This document shows, one piece after another, positions 12,501 to 24,749 of a DNA stretch of 64,000 bases. The position numbers and the translations under genes are program-made. Positions within the stretch are counted from its first letter, which is position 1; each line of letters begins with the position of its first letter. The DNA comes from Acanthaster planci (Eukaryota): the NCBI RefSeq assembly GCF_001949145.1, contig NW_019091361.1:3892148-3956147 (forward strand), read 5' to 3'. A model generated the notes under the pieces. That model was given only the letters and a program-made list of their open reading frames with translations. It did no database searches and was not told the DNA's origin.

Positions 12501-15500
12501 CTTTCAGGGAGCAGTCTAGCGTTGCTTTCTCAAACGGGGTTTCTACAAAGATCCAAAAACGTATTGACTTTTTCTAGACTTTCCAGGACTTAATTATAAC
12601 AATTTCCACAACATTAAATGTCACTCTGCAGGTTTGGTATTATGAATTGGAAAGACTGCCATAGCCACTGCTATAGACCGCCGAGGATAGCCTGTAAATT
12701 TATGGTTATTTCATTATCACATTGAAAGTGGCCCATCAAATATAACCCTTGCATGATCTTTATTTTCACAACTTTTGCTTGACTTTCCAGAACGTTTTTT
12801 CCAGGATTTTTAAGGACCAAAGGAAGTAATTTGAAATGCAGGTACCGGTTACTAAACTTCATCAAAACATGAAAGCAGTGTTTACATCCCACAATCTTTT
12901 CCGGGCAACAGTTGGAAACATTAAGAGGATTTGAAATACCCACTGGACTGTTGGACCAAGTTCGACGAATTTGAATGCTACAGTAGTCTTGAGCATCGAT
13001 ATCGATACAAGCCTGGCTGTCTAGTGCTTCTTTTAACACACTGGAATTTATCTACAGACTATTAGGAACTTCCAGTAAACTAAAAGGTATCAGCTGACAT
13101 AAAATAGCACACTGCTTAGTTTTCTTAGAGACCAGGGTGCATGTAAAAGTACGTAGACTGCATAACTTTCCAGACAGTACATGTTTACCTTCAGCAAAAC
13201 AGTGGGTTCCTTCATTTTATTACTTGGATGTAGTACGTGTGTGCGTGTTCCGGCTCAGTGAATTTAATGAGGTACTTGCCCCACAGTCCTGTTGTTTTTG
13301 TTTGTTTATTTCCCATGAAACTCGACCCCTGCAAACCACAGGTGCTGGTATGTAACTACTGTAGATGCACCGGTACCAAGCAAACCACTTCCAAACAGAG
13401 TACCGAAGTGTGACGTCACTGTGAACCAGAAAGTGCAGTGCAAACGAATGGAGTACGTGTGCATGTGGGTTCACGCGCTGACTCTCGCTGTAATGCCTTT
13501 TACATACACACTTGTACGCGTGACGTAGACGCTTCGGTACTCTATTTATCTGTTCAAATGGTCTAATTCTGAGTTACCCTTCAACGAGCCGTCTGGCTTC
13601 TTAAAGATAAAGAAGAGCTCCACATGTAAGTATCAGAGTATCTTTTTTAAAAGCTCTTGGAATGCACATGTACATGTCTGGAACGCTCATAGCATTAAAT
13701 ACAGGTCATTAGTGAAGGACAAGAAAAGCAACATCTGTTCCAAGCCATTTGGCTCATCATTCCAGGGTTTATCTCTGGTGTCCTCAAAATGGCTGAGAAT
13801 CTTTCTGATCTCCCCCCTGGATGGGATGCAAGTCCATTTGAGGTTGCTTCCCAACTGACGCTGGTACCCACTGAGGGGTGAGGCAACTTGTCCAAGGCCA
13901 CAACATAGCACCACCAATTTGATTTGAACCCCTGATGACCCCGTAATCAGAATTGCGAGTGATTTCGTAAGGTTAACCGGTCTTCGGCGGGCTGAACAGA
14001 TGTCCATTTGGATGCATAGTCACCAGCTCAAAACTGACCTGACAGACCCTTGCAATTCTTGAATAGACTATCCGTCCGGCTCCATTAATAGCCTCTGAAG
14101 CGTATTCACGATAGAAGAAATAAATGAAGCCGTTGTACAAAAATGGCTCACCCACAAACTCCGCCCCTGCAGAAGGTACAGGCATAACAAAACATTGACA
14201 CGTAGTTTCCGCTGCCAACTTTGATATTCCACAAATGAGACTGAAAATTAGCACGTGTCTAGAAATCAACATCTCGTAAATAAAAGGCAGAGCAATATTT
14301 CTAATAATTCTAATAATTCTAATATTTATATTGAGAAAAATTAATAATTTATAGGTGATTGCATGTGGCGTGATGCCACCTTAAAAAGCACTGGACTCTT
14401 CACGAGCTAATGCCCTAGGAACTGTATGAAATGAAAAAAAACAGAGCGCATAAAAATAAATAATACAATTTTCATTAAACAATTTAGATGTTACGATAAA
14501 CACACGAGAAAGAGCAGATTGGGTTCGGCATTTTGACTTACAGTTTAACCAGTTAGGGGTGGTGGTATCAGCCGTGATATCGCTACCGTAAGCCCCATTG
14601 CAGCCTGTAAGATCAGCCAAGCGGAAAGTAGAGGAGTCACCTCCGCCAAAGGGATCCCGTAAGCCAACGGCTGTGAACAGTTTCTTCTCTGAATTAAAAA
14701 GAAAAACGAAAAGAAAAACTATTAGTGACATTGTCAGCAAACACGTAACCTAATCCAAACTTGTTTAGCAAGCCGTAGCTGCAGTTTTGTACACTGCAAA
14801 CAATACGGCATTTCTCGGTCACAAGAATTGTCCTGCTTTTAAAATGTGGGATTCAGTTCTTCACTCATTTCCAATGCCCTGTGCAGGGTGCCGGGAGGGG
14901 CTGCTATTTTTTTTCAGTCGCTGAACCAGGTCAATCTGAACAACAATACGGGTCAACACTTCGGTATGCAGGCGCATGCGTTGACTGGGGCAGCAAGCAG
15001 CCCACAATGCTTTGTGTCCCACAACCATCNNNNNNNNNNNNNNNNNNNNNNNNNNNNNNNNNNNNNNNNNNNNNNNNNNNNNNNNNNNNNNNNNNNNNNN
15101 NNNNNNNNNNNNNNNNNNNNNNNNNNNNNNNNNNNNNNNNNNNNNNNNNNNNNNNNNNNNNNNNNNNNNNNNNNNNNNNNNNNNNNNNGCTCATTCAAAT
15201 AACAGACTCGATGGGTTGTTACTTCGGCCATGCCTGAATATCACTGGAGTAGTGTGATGTAAGTGTCAAAGCAAATGCAGTCGCACTTGTACAAGAAATT
15301 TAAGCATGGAGGAAGTCATCAAATGCACTGAATATCATATTCTCAACCTGTAACATGATCTACATGTAATCCATTTCAGGCTTGAATAGCCTTAAGATCT
15401 TATCTTCTCTATAGTGATTTTCATCCAAGACCGGGCCATTTTGACGAGGGTGAAAACATGTACATATAATGTATTCCAAAACCAAGCATAAGCCTTTTTT

Positions 15501-18500
15501 GCCCCAAAATGGACAACAATCCGTCCTCACAATGGTCAGCACATTCCTTCAATCTCAGAGCAATCCTCAGCAAGAGCCCCATCAATCAACCCTCCACAGC
15601 GTGATGTATCGCCAGGTGCTTCAATTCAGGAATGCCAAGGTGTTTTCCTGGGGTTTCTCACCTTCACTCACGTAAATCCACGAGAAATTCTGGTTGGGTT
15701 CACTCGGGGCACCCTGCCTTGCACTAAAGTCCGGGTCTGCATCTGTGGGTTTTGTGTCGAAGTCCTGACAAAAAATAAAGGAAAAATATTAGTGGAATTT
15801 GAGCACTATCAAAGTCTAAGAAGATCGACTAGACCAGAATGACAACCACAGGGACAGCTCAGAAAGGCTAAAGGCATACAACTTCTTAAATTTGGGCACC
15901 ACATGCGACTTGGTAAAGTGTGAACAACGAGAGAAAAAGAGACCAAAAATGAGAAGACAACACCAAAACACAAGACAAGTGCTGAACCACCAAAACCACA
16001 ACATAAGACATCCAACAAGGGGCTTCTGAACTGATCCAAACCATCACCAATGCAAGCTATTCGCCTTGGATGTTGATTGGTGCTGGTAGCATATGGAATG
16101 CAACCATGCAACAAGCGACTAAAACGAAAATGGATAAGGTGTCCAGCGAACCCCGGATTGCACGGAAGTGCAATATGTTCCCAGCATTTCCTGTACAAAC
16201 ATGAATGAGTATATGCACGTGTACAAGTACATACATGTGTACATGGTGTCTCCACACATTGCACAATGTACATGTACACGTATGTACCAATACCTGTGAA
16301 AAGCATGTGGTGAGAATTCACTGAGGATCACTGCAAATGTGGAACATCCTACATGACGGTACGCACGACTATGCAAAATTCTCAATACATCTGTGTCTGT
16401 ACAAGTATGTTCAGATTAACATCATGCATGGCAATTATCCAGTAGCCACTTGGCCAAGGCTGTGATCCAATTCAATGCTTACTGTCGTCGCTCAACGCAC
16501 ACTGAAAGGCAAGTATGGAAACTACTGTTCTTACAAGCTTGCATGGTTGCACCTATACCCGGACTGGTGCCCGTCAGGTGACCAATCATATAGTATTTCT
16601 TCGCCATTGTGGAAAATAGCCAGATCTTTAAGTGTTTTGCAAATCTTGAGAAACAACTTGATGGAAAATATGTCCTATTGGCCAAGCAGGTGCATAAATG
16701 TGTGGTAAATAACAAGCCAATGTGCACCACCCTGAGAACACTGACTTTATATCAATTTTCAATCTTTGAGTGGATACAAATGCTACAATTGGAGGTGGAA
16801 TCTACTTCAAAGACAAAAAATGGCATGATTTACTCAGAATCTGATCCAATCATGTATTCTGTAAAGCATGGGTCTCCCATTTGAACATGCTGGCTAATTT
16901 TCTCTTTACGTGTTCGCACATGCATCTTTTGATCCTTTTGTTCAACCTGGGTCCACACAAACAGGATCCGCTTTTGGTAGGTGAAAAAGTACTGTACATG
17001 TACAGGTAGTTGGTAAATGTACTTTTCTTTGGAATTCTAAAATAACTTGTTGAATAAACTTAACAAAAAGAGTTTAGGAAAAATGCATTGAAAACCAAGT
17101 CTCTCATAACTGGGGGTGGGAGGAGTTACTGAACTCCCAGCTTGTTGCAAACTCTTTCAAGTTTTCATGTACATACAGGTGCATCTGAACTAAAATCGAT
17201 GTTTGGCAAAAGATTTCCTAACCGCTCTGGACACTTGCAGCATTACAGTACATTGGACACTTCTGACAAGATGAATAGACCTACCGTTGTCTCTGCAAAG
17301 ACGCACTTTGGGTACTGGGAATCGGTTCCACAGACAAACAGGCAAGTATCAGTCAGGGGCTGAATAATGCTCACGTAGTTGTAACACTGCCAAAAAAACC
17401 CAAAAAACACACAAGGTGGAGGAAACCTACTGTAAAACTTGAATTTATTGTAATAGCTTCCTGTTGTTTCCAAAAACTTGTCATCCACTGTGGTAAATAA
17501 ACCAGGGACTGGCTGAAATTACAACATACTGCGAGTCCATCCTTTAGTCCTTTCACAGAAGTCCAGTCACAAGTAATGGGGTGAACAATGACATAGGAAT
17601 ATGCTTTTGTCACACATCATTTGAATAGCTTGTAAATTGGTTGGAGACTGGATGAGTTGTGACTTGCAGGGACTAACAGGGACGTGTGGTAGACTGGAGT
17701 AGAACATATATTAACTCCAAAAAGCCAGGGAGCCTAGAATCCTCTTGTAAACTTACTTTTTTTCCCAAATATTGTTGCCATGCTTTTTTTGTCAAACTAA
17801 GCCTTGGGGAGTACATGTACTTCAACTGATGTCCTGTGCTCAAGTGCCTCCTATTTGTGAAAACTGGACATAGCATTTAGGCAAAATGCCCATTCTTCCC
17901 AGGACTGGTCAGCCAAAACTGTGAACTTAATTCCCACTGACATGTGTTGAATACAAAGGAAAAACTAAGGCACATTTATGTAATGGACCTACATGTACTG
18001 GTACATGGCATGGACATTCCTTTGTCATGTGGAAAGTGGAAAGTGAAAATGCTTGTTTTTCCTTACACTGCAAACATGCATTGCCAAACATGGAATTCTC
18101 TTGATGGATTCCTTGACTATTCCTCTTCCTTTTGCTGCCAATAAGCCTAAACCCGAAAAACTTTAAAGACTGTTCTTCAGAGAGTGGGTAATAACCTGGC
18201 TTGGTCCACACAGGGTTCTTATACCGACATCTTTCGCTCATGGGTCCATACTTGGTACATGTATGTAAGGCCGGTACACGTACCATGTTGGAGTGTGTAC
18301 TACTGTACATGTATGAAGATTCAACATTGATTCCAATTATGAGCCTAATAATCACATCACATGTAAATTGTGGAATGTTCCAAAGATTAACAGATACGTG
18401 TACATATAAAAGACAGATGAACGGCCTCACCTTGTTAGGGTCGCCTGAAGAACAGATGGTGCTTGTGGTAAAATTAAATATTCCAATCTGTAATTTTAAG

Positions 18501-20949
18501 ATAAGATACATGTGTATTTCACTTCTCCAAAATGTTGTATTTATTAGAATAGACTTTCTCATTAGTACACAGATCACGGGCACTTCCCTAACCAACATTC
18601 ATGCTGATTTCTGCAGGGTGAGGCACTCCCAATTATTTAAGAAGTGAATTAGTAATCGTAGAGTTCCTGGCAATCAAAACAAATGCCTAGGCAATGAAGG
18701 ACTAAACTCAGGCACTTCACTCTTGGGGTAGGCGTGGAGGCAGGGTCCTAGGCCACTGTTGAAGCAGTTAATCAATGATGAAAATTGCCAGTATCTCCAT
18801 AGGACTAACCTTCAAATACATGTAAATACACGAGCTAATAGTACTGGGTTGTATGTCCTTAGGTGTGAGGTCAAAATACAAACGCTTTTGAAAGCGTTTA
18901 ACGCTTTGTAAACGGTAAGCCCTACGAACGGTCAACATCGAACAGACGAACGCTTCAGCGAGGCTGGCCGAACCGTTGCGGTCGAGTACACCTTGCACTC
19001 TGCAGCTTCCAGTAAACAATGGACAGCTCATCGCATTACGGCATCATAGACTTCTGTGGTCTGGTGATTAGTCATAACAATAGCTCTCTGAATAGGATCT
19101 TTTGTTCACAACTATGGCTGTGCAGCCACAAACTCCATTGTTGTCAGGGTTGCTCGTGAAGCTAGACAGTCCAGGACAGACGGTTCATTTCAAACTGTTG
19201 AACTGTCCAACACCAAAAGACGGAGGGAATGAAGGGAAATTAACACCAACCGTTCAACTGTTTCTAAACCGTCTGTATTTTGACCTCACGCCTTAGTGTA
19301 ACTGCTGTAAACTTGGTGTGCTTGCAAAAATTATTTTGAAAAACCTGACTTTTAAAAATAAAAAATAGCCCCTTGTAGTCAAAGCTCTGTGAACTATAAC
19401 ACTGCGACTTCGCAACTAACATCTACAGTCTGTGATGTAAATGTGCTCCTTACATTATTAAGATTGGATGCTTGGACTACATGAAGTGCATCTCGGCCAC
19501 CGATGTACAGCTGCGACAAATCCTTGTTGAAGACAAGGGTGCGGTAGTTCCCTGGTTTGTTCTGTGAACCTTCCAACATCTGAGCATCTGATAAGCCTGC
19601 AAAGCAATGAATTCGGGAATGAACGAAAGCAGGGAAGCATTATTTGTGTCTCTGATGGCCCATTAAACTGACCCTTAACACTGCATTTCCAACGAGTGAA
19701 AACCACGTAAAATACACTGTAACTGGCACCTTGCTAATCAAATGCAAATGTTACAATATAAAGGAATGATGAGAACAATGAAAATCATGCCGTCTTCAAC
19801 AATAAATTCACGCTGCTATCGTTGCTGACGTACTGTACATGTACACATACTCAATACTCATGTACTGTACATGTATTCAATACTCACGTACACTGTACAT
19901 TGTACGTGTACTTAACTTCACAAAACCTGACGAAAATACTATTTTACTTGCACTGTGAATGCAATTGTATGCTAGATTTTTGTTGATGGATTCCTTGAGT
20001 GTTTCTCTTTTATTTCAGATACCCCACACGCTAAAATGCCTCTAAAACAGTTTCCAGAAAGCTATAACCTTGTGTGGAACTGGATTGGTCCACACAGGGT
20101 CTGCACAACCTGCATGATGTGGACCTCTTTCGTTCTCCACTCCTTGCGCTAGGCAGGGTTTATCACAGATGTGAAAAATCTCCGTAACAGACCGTTACAA
20201 TTTTTAATTGGTGAAAACACAAAGTTCCCTGCTTTTCCCCTTGTTATAAAGGAAATGAACCCTCTTTGTACATTCAACCTAAAATTAACCGGCACGCCTT
20301 ATAAATTTGTGTCTGTAACACTCAAAACTTGAGGTGAACCAACAAGGAATTATGCTAGTTGGAAGGGATGACCTCTCAATAAAATGAGTCAGTTCAGTAT
20401 TCCAACAGCGCATGCTCAGTACATGTACAAGGCTATTTGCGAACAGCTACATGGACGTGCACACACGATAGTCTGTCCTATCAGCGCATACGCTGACTCA
20501 CGTGCATGCTTGGTTCCCGAATGAGCCTGGCTTGTTGAAGTACCAAACTGGCCTATTAGAGTTTGGCACTTGGCATTTCTCAGTTGGGGCTACATACATG
20601 TACATGTATACACGTACCTAACACTTGCAATTCAGCTTCATATATCTGGGTTCTTTCAAATAATGCAACCTCCATTAGTATTGAAGGAGCTTGTTTTACC
20701 AAGAGTAGTTTTGGTCTGCAGCTCGGATTCTATCCAAAGGGGTTAATTAATGCAAAATTTAGGAAGACATGCATGCGTTTCAGTTTAGTCATAAAAACAG
20801 CTGCAGTTTAACTTATGAGTTATACCTTTAAATGTAACTCTGGCGGAGTATTCAACACTTGGATATCTGGGTAATCTGTTCTGTGCTGCACAGGCAAAGA
20901 GTGTTGCCAGGAGAAACCAACCAATGATCTGGATGCCGACCGACAGCAT
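507..20949 (-). CDS. Divergent secreted semaphorin (signal peptide-Sema-PSI-Cys-rich domain-short tail), 17 coding exons, ~720 aa
   Basis: Phase-compatible GT-AG exons: 20949-20826, 19596-19454, 18487-18431, 17386-17285, 15764-15662, 14688-14542, 14166-14039, 12260-12143, 11407-11356 (or its copy 9703-9652), 8365-8209, 6658-6433, 5409-5321, 4592-4420, 3008-2974, 2608-2249, 1446-1364, 572-507; total 2163 nt. Sema motifs: LYIGGRD, CYNYV..LFVCGTD, WLN.AEFV, IYFFYRE..YSRIARVC.ND.GG, FKKARLDCS, SSAVCAY, LSQIVVD..FDVMFLGT, EEI. PSI motif C..DPHC. Confidence 0.85.
1364..1446 (-). CDS. semaphorin exon 16
   Basis: aacag|DVCMEEVQDFDNRVSLYRFQLEQWKNRM|gtaagt, phase 1/0. Confidence 0.7.
2249..2608 (-). 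CDS. semaphorin exon 15 (Cys-rich ~120-aa domain)
   Basis: GC-rich 360-nt open exon, phase 1/1: EPPPDTFNISVVRHLPCSNC...ESPPAS; ccctag/gtgatt. Confidence 0.75.
2974..3008 (-). CDS. semaphorin exon 14 (35-nt micro-exon)
   Basis: ttgcag|ATSPKKCISDC|gtgagg; bridges phase 2 to phase 1 exactly as the flanking exons require. Confidence 0.65.
3177..3754. mobile_element. piggyBac-like non-autonomous element
   Basis: CCACTT(C/G)CTGCC inverted ends with TTAG/TTAA flanks; a matching end of another copy at ~12024-12049. Confidence 0.55.
4420..4592 (-). CDS. semaphorin exon 13 (end of Sema + PSI domain)
   Basis: APILSLV...AIYVGTDYSVYRLPVDAACSNRTTCGCEKDPHCVCDGSSCVPRTG. Confidence 0.85.
5321..5409 (-). 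CDS. semaphorin exon 12
   Basis: ERGTVIKAYLNNSNAFFVEEIDLNVKGLPE; donor either gtacat (end 5321) or gtaaga (end 5315), both phase 0. Confidence 0.8.
6433..6658 (-). CDS. semaphorin exon 11
   Basis: CSELPQFSPDDEQQKILLNYPLM...RLSQIVVDTVANSFDVMFLGT; ttctag/gtgagt. Confidence 0.88.
6946..7117. mobile_element. Palindromic ~170-bp MITE
   Basis: Whole element self-complementary, TA ends; second copy at 45338-45510. Confidence 0.8.
8209..8365 (-). CDS. semaphorin exon 10
   Basis: VGVASSAVCAYDVNEIEQLFDQG...FLW...KLFK; atcag acceptor, gtgaga donor. Confidence 0.85.
9652..9703 (-). CDS. semaphorin exon 9 (copy B, identical; inside duplicated block)
   Basis: Same 52-nt exon and splice sites as 11356-11407; only one copy can be used in frame. 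Confidence 0.5.
11356..11407 (-). CDS. semaphorin exon 9 (copy A)
   Basis: QGMYKLDTTIFAVFTTPR; 52 nt, tgcag/gtgagt. Confidence 0.75.
12143..12260 (-). CDS. semaphorin exon 8
   Basis: NDTGGAEFTTLDGDFVTFKKARLDCSLKTDNSEFYYNEI; ttcag acceptor, gtaagt donor. Confidence 0.9.
12465..12592 (-). pseudogene. Decayed partial duplicate of semaphorin exon 8
   Basis: Minus strand reads TTT GAG AAA GCA ACG CTA GAC TGC TCC CTG AAA (FEKATLDCSLK) versus exon 8 FKKARLDCSLK, then a shifted TCAGAATTT and a stop; the upstream intron word GTCCTGGAA is also shared. Confidence 0.65.
13396..13544. mobile_element. Small inverted-repeat element
   Basis: AGAGTACCGAAG.G..ACGTCAC arms. Confidence 0.55.
13740..13945 (-). 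mobile_element. tRNA-derived SINE remnant
   Basis: B-box-like GGTTCAAATC followed by GTGGCCTTGGACAAG..TGGGTACCAGC..GGACTTGCATCCCATCCAGGGGG, resembling invertebrate SINE2 cores (from recall). Confidence 0.5.
14039..14166 (-). CDS. semaphorin exon 7
   Basis: AEFVGEPFLYNGFIYFFYREYASEAINGAGRIVYSRIARVCQ, core Sema signature. Confidence 0.9.
14542..14688 (-). CDS. semaphorin exon 6
   Basis: KKLFTAVG...DTTTPNWLN; ttcag acceptor, gtaagt donor. Confidence 0.8.
15662..15764 (-). CDS. semaphorin exon 5
   Basis: DFDTKPTDADPDFSARQGAPSEPNQNFSWIYVSE; donor G|gtgaga gives the phase 1 needed by the next exon. Confidence 0.75.
17285..17386 (-). CDS. semaphorin exon 4
   Basis: CYNYVSIIQPLTDTCLFVCGTDSQYPKCVFAETT with ggcag acceptor and gtaggt donor. 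Confidence 0.85.
18431..18487 (-). CDS. semaphorin exon 3
   Basis: tacag|IGIFNFTTSTICSSGDPNK|gtgagg, phase 0/0; supplies the Cys expected before CxNY. Confidence 0.7.
18862..19292. mobile_element. PIF/Harbinger-like MITE
   Basis: ~45-bp TIR GG(T/C)GTGAGGTCAAAATAC...; TTA duplicated at 18859-18861 and 19293-19295. Confidence 0.8.
19454..19596 (-). CDS. semaphorin exon 2
   Basis: ttgcag| ...NYRTLVFNKDLSQLYIGGRDALHVV..NLNN |gtaagg. Confidence 0.85.
20826..20949 (-). CDS. semaphorin coding exon 1 (signal peptide)
   Basis: ACCATG start; MLSVGIQIIGWFLLATLFACAAQ hydrophobic leader; donor AAAG|gtataa, phase 1; acceptor near 20996 upstream of the ATG. Confidence 0.75.
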
Positions 20950-23900
20950 GGTCACACAGGCTCTGTCTGCTTTATTTGATTACGCAGTACGTGGTCCTGC
21001 AGTATGTACTAGATGTGGCTTCTGTTCAGACTTCAGCGATCAAAATTCTGAAAGAAATTTCAGAGGTCCGATATTTAAAAACTGCAGAATTCATCTTTGA
21101 ATCCGTCAGGAAATTAATTCTGCTCAAGAGTGTCAAGAAGGGGAGGCTGCCCCCTGAAAAAAAGAAAAAGTAAAGTGAAATGTAAACAAATTAAAGGAGA
21201 TGAAACTCATCACTCTGCTAAAAAATACCTCAAAACTGACCCTTTCCAATACCTGATAAACCCTCTTCCCCCTCCCCCGGAGATCACCCCTAAGAAAAAA
21301 ACCCTGGCAATGCCCACCGATCTCTCCTCTCATGTACGGTATGTGTACATGTGCCGTATGCGATCATCAGGCCTGACTCCAGCATACATGTACATGTATA
21401 TAACGATGTGCATGTGTATATTGTTCGTGAACAATTTGAAAAAAAGAAGTTGATTTTTGTCTTCACAAAATACTTACAGGTAATTCTTAACATTTTTACA
21501 TGCTTTTTAATATCAATTGCTGTTTGTATTTAATCTACAATTTCTCCATTTTCTGTGATGTCAACAAGGATTTTTAAAAATTTTCTATTTGGGTTAAACT
21601 TGTAACTACAGAGCTAGTAAATATTCAAATATTCAATAAAATGGAATGCTAGATACAGTGTAAATACTGAATTATTTGAACTGACTCAGCCCTAAGTACA
21701 TGTAGGCAGCTACTGCACGATATAACCAGCAACCTTTCCGAAAAATTCACCAAAAAGAAAATTCCAGTTTCCGCACACATGCACCATATGCATGCACACT
21801 GTATACATTAGTGTTTGTACATGTAGCTCAATGATTCACAAAGTCTGCACTCATTATGCACACAAGCCTTTACACTGCTGCACAGCAACTCTAGCTGGAA
21901 ACATGAGTGTGCCAGACATTCCAGAGCTGGTAGAATTTCCTTTTGGACAAACCCATCTTATCCATACAAGCATGACAAGGCAAAATACACACCGATGTAT
22001 GCACATGTACACTGTATGTGTAGCCCAGTGTGTGCACGTTACTGTGCTTGCACTGTTGGGTCATTCTGTAAAAAAACGGGTCCAATTAAACGTGCCAAAA
22101 GTGTGACATTTCAGTGTCCCTGTTACACTTGACCTGAGCATGACCTGAGCAATTGGACACGGAAATTATGCCTGAAATAGACTTCAAACTGTTTTATTTG
22201 TTTGACGGGTACATGTATGTACATGTACGTATAAAGGGCATTACCACTCTTGGAAATTAAGGAATGTGTTCTAAAGTTACAAAATCATACTAAGACGTAC
22301 ATGTATGTACATGTGTACCAATGTCATTATGCGAAATATCCTGCAAGAAAAATGCTCGCCAATGATGAGCATGTATAGCAGAGTGCAGTAAATTAGGACC
22401 ATCCGACGAGGCACCACTAACATTGCCTAGCAACCGCTGGTTCCAGACAGATTACACACATGCACAATGTACAACTACACAGATATGGCAGCATAATGAG
22501 TCAATTCCAGGAACTGTGCGCAGCTGTGCCATGTGTCTTTTTGATCGATTTTCCAACAAAATTTTTTTATTTTGATGAACTAGGTACATGTATGTGGGTA
22601 TAATTCCAGAAATTAGGGGGCCATTTTTTCCGAGTCCCTGTCACATCTGACATACATGTATGATTATGTTCTGAACACATTTTCTAATTTCCAGGAGTGA
22701 TGAATTAATGCAAATTGCCTGTTAAACAAAAACATTGTATTAACAGTTTGAAATGAATTCCAGTGATACTTCCATGTCAAATATGGTAACAAAAGTCAGA
22801 TGTACACGTACCAGTTAACAAAAATGTCACACTTTTGTACCCCTAATTTCTGGAACTACTGTTACCCATGTACACGTACATACATGTATGTATTACTATT
22901 ATATAACCCAATTTGGACTCTAGATGAAATTCGTGTAGTTAATGTTGCTCTAGCGATTTGTGGGCGACTGATTTTCTTACACTGGGTGACATATATTGTG
23001 ATATGGACCATTTTCCCCCTTTCAGAATTTTACAGAGTTTTGTGGCTTGTGATTCTGCTAATGAAGTGTCGACACCATTCTCTAAGGATCTATCATAGAA
23101 GCTCAAGACCAGATGACAGGCCAAAAGAATAACCAGACAAAACATGAAGGACATGACAGACATTACTGTATCTTTCCCTCAAATGACAGCAGACTGGCAT
23201 TTTGGTAATACCTGTCTTGAATGTTGTATTTTCACGTGACAGGGCAACAAAAACTCTTGCTATACCACGGTCATACCTGTAGATAGTGGATTTTTATTGG
23301 TTTCGAATTGATCATGTGACATGCTACAAGAGCACATGTGCACATACACTGTATATATGTATCATTCATGTGTCGAGCGCACTGGTGATGTTACCAGGCT
23401 GCAAAAAGTGATGGATAACGGTGATCTTTCCCACAGTTGATGTGTCAAATCTACTGCATTGTAATTGTGTACTCTTGGGTACGAAGGTGGATAGTCGCAG
23501 TGTGGTACTATACATGTACGCGCGCATTACACGCCCATTAATTACAGGTAGGAGATGTGCACTGTGTGGTGGACATTAAAACACTGTCTGTTCACATGTG
23601 CCACTCTCTTTACTCTGACCTTGTCAGAGACCTGCAGGTTATTAAACTTCACTTCATGCTCCCAGCTATGCTAGAGGAACACGATTATGGTCTGATCACT
23701 TTTTCTGCTGCGCTCGCCATTGCTGTTTACATTTGTGTCTACAGATAAAATGCTCATTGGTTCTGACTCTTCTTGTCTACTCTTCAAACTTGTTTATACT
23801 TTTCAACGGAATGTGGTGTAATTTGTCTTGAAATTCAACCAGTCAACAAAACCCCCCAGTGCTCAATATGAATCGCAGATTTCTCTAGTGAACAAGTTTG

Positions 23901-24330
23901 TTATAATCCTAGATTTCTCCCCGCCTTCAAAGAAAAATAGGTCAACAAAGAACATCACAATCAATAACTTTCTTTGAAATTTAATATCTAATTTGCTGTT
24001 CAAGTGTTTCAATTTGTTTAAGTGTTTTAATTTATCTTGCATTAAAATATACATGTACATGTATATGCATCTTACACATGTAGAAGACCGTTCCAGAGAA
24101 ATCAATGACTTTGGTATAACAAACAATTGGAGGCTTTGAGATGCACGGTGGCGGCAGACAAACCGGTCCTTTTTCGCAGTTGTGCATGTGCTCAGATCTA
24201 TAACGGGCATGCCTAGAAATGCACGTGCATGCCCACATCAACCAAAAAGGACCGTTGTGTCTGCCATCACCAAGCCTCTCAAAGTCTCCCATTGTAATTT
24301 GTTGCCTGCAGTGATGGGCACCATGGGTTT

Positions 24331-24749
24331 TAGGGCTATACCAAATATCCAGATATTCAATAGAGTATTGAATATTCAAATGCAAAATTCATGAAGACAA
24401 AGGGAGAATTTTCTTTTGTTTTAAATGAGAAAAATTACACTGTGGAGGCTTTTTTAAAGCAGATTCAAATGAAAAGCGACAGAAATCTTACGATTCAAAA
24501 AGTAAACTATTCATTAAAAAATTTTAATAGACAAGAAGTTTCTTGCTACATGTAAATCATGGCTGGAGATACTCCTAGATGTGAGAAGCTATTAGGGTGA
24601 TTATAATGTACAATTGTTTGCTTTATTGCAACTGATTTTGTATATGTTCGTTGACAATCTGCCCGTCAGAATGACCAAATATTCGGATATTCAATCAAAT
24701 TGAAGGTCAAATATTCAAATAGTGAATTATTTGAATTGACTCAGCCCTA
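24331..24749. mobile_element. hAT-like non-autonomous element
   Basis: TAGGGCT...AGCCCTA ends, AATATTC subterminal repeats, 8-bp flanks ATGGGTTT / ATGGGGTT; short relative at ~21609-21693. Confidence 0.7.

Noticed and set aside
12620..13040. Possible LINE endonuclease remnant (YLMGHFQCD resembling MGDFNxD)
   Set aside because: Similarity too weak to support without a profile search.
17927..18647. Long ORFs (223 aa minus, 148 aa plus)
   Set aside because: No recognisable protein features apart from the 57-nt exon at 18431-18487; otherwise intronic TACATG-rich sequence.
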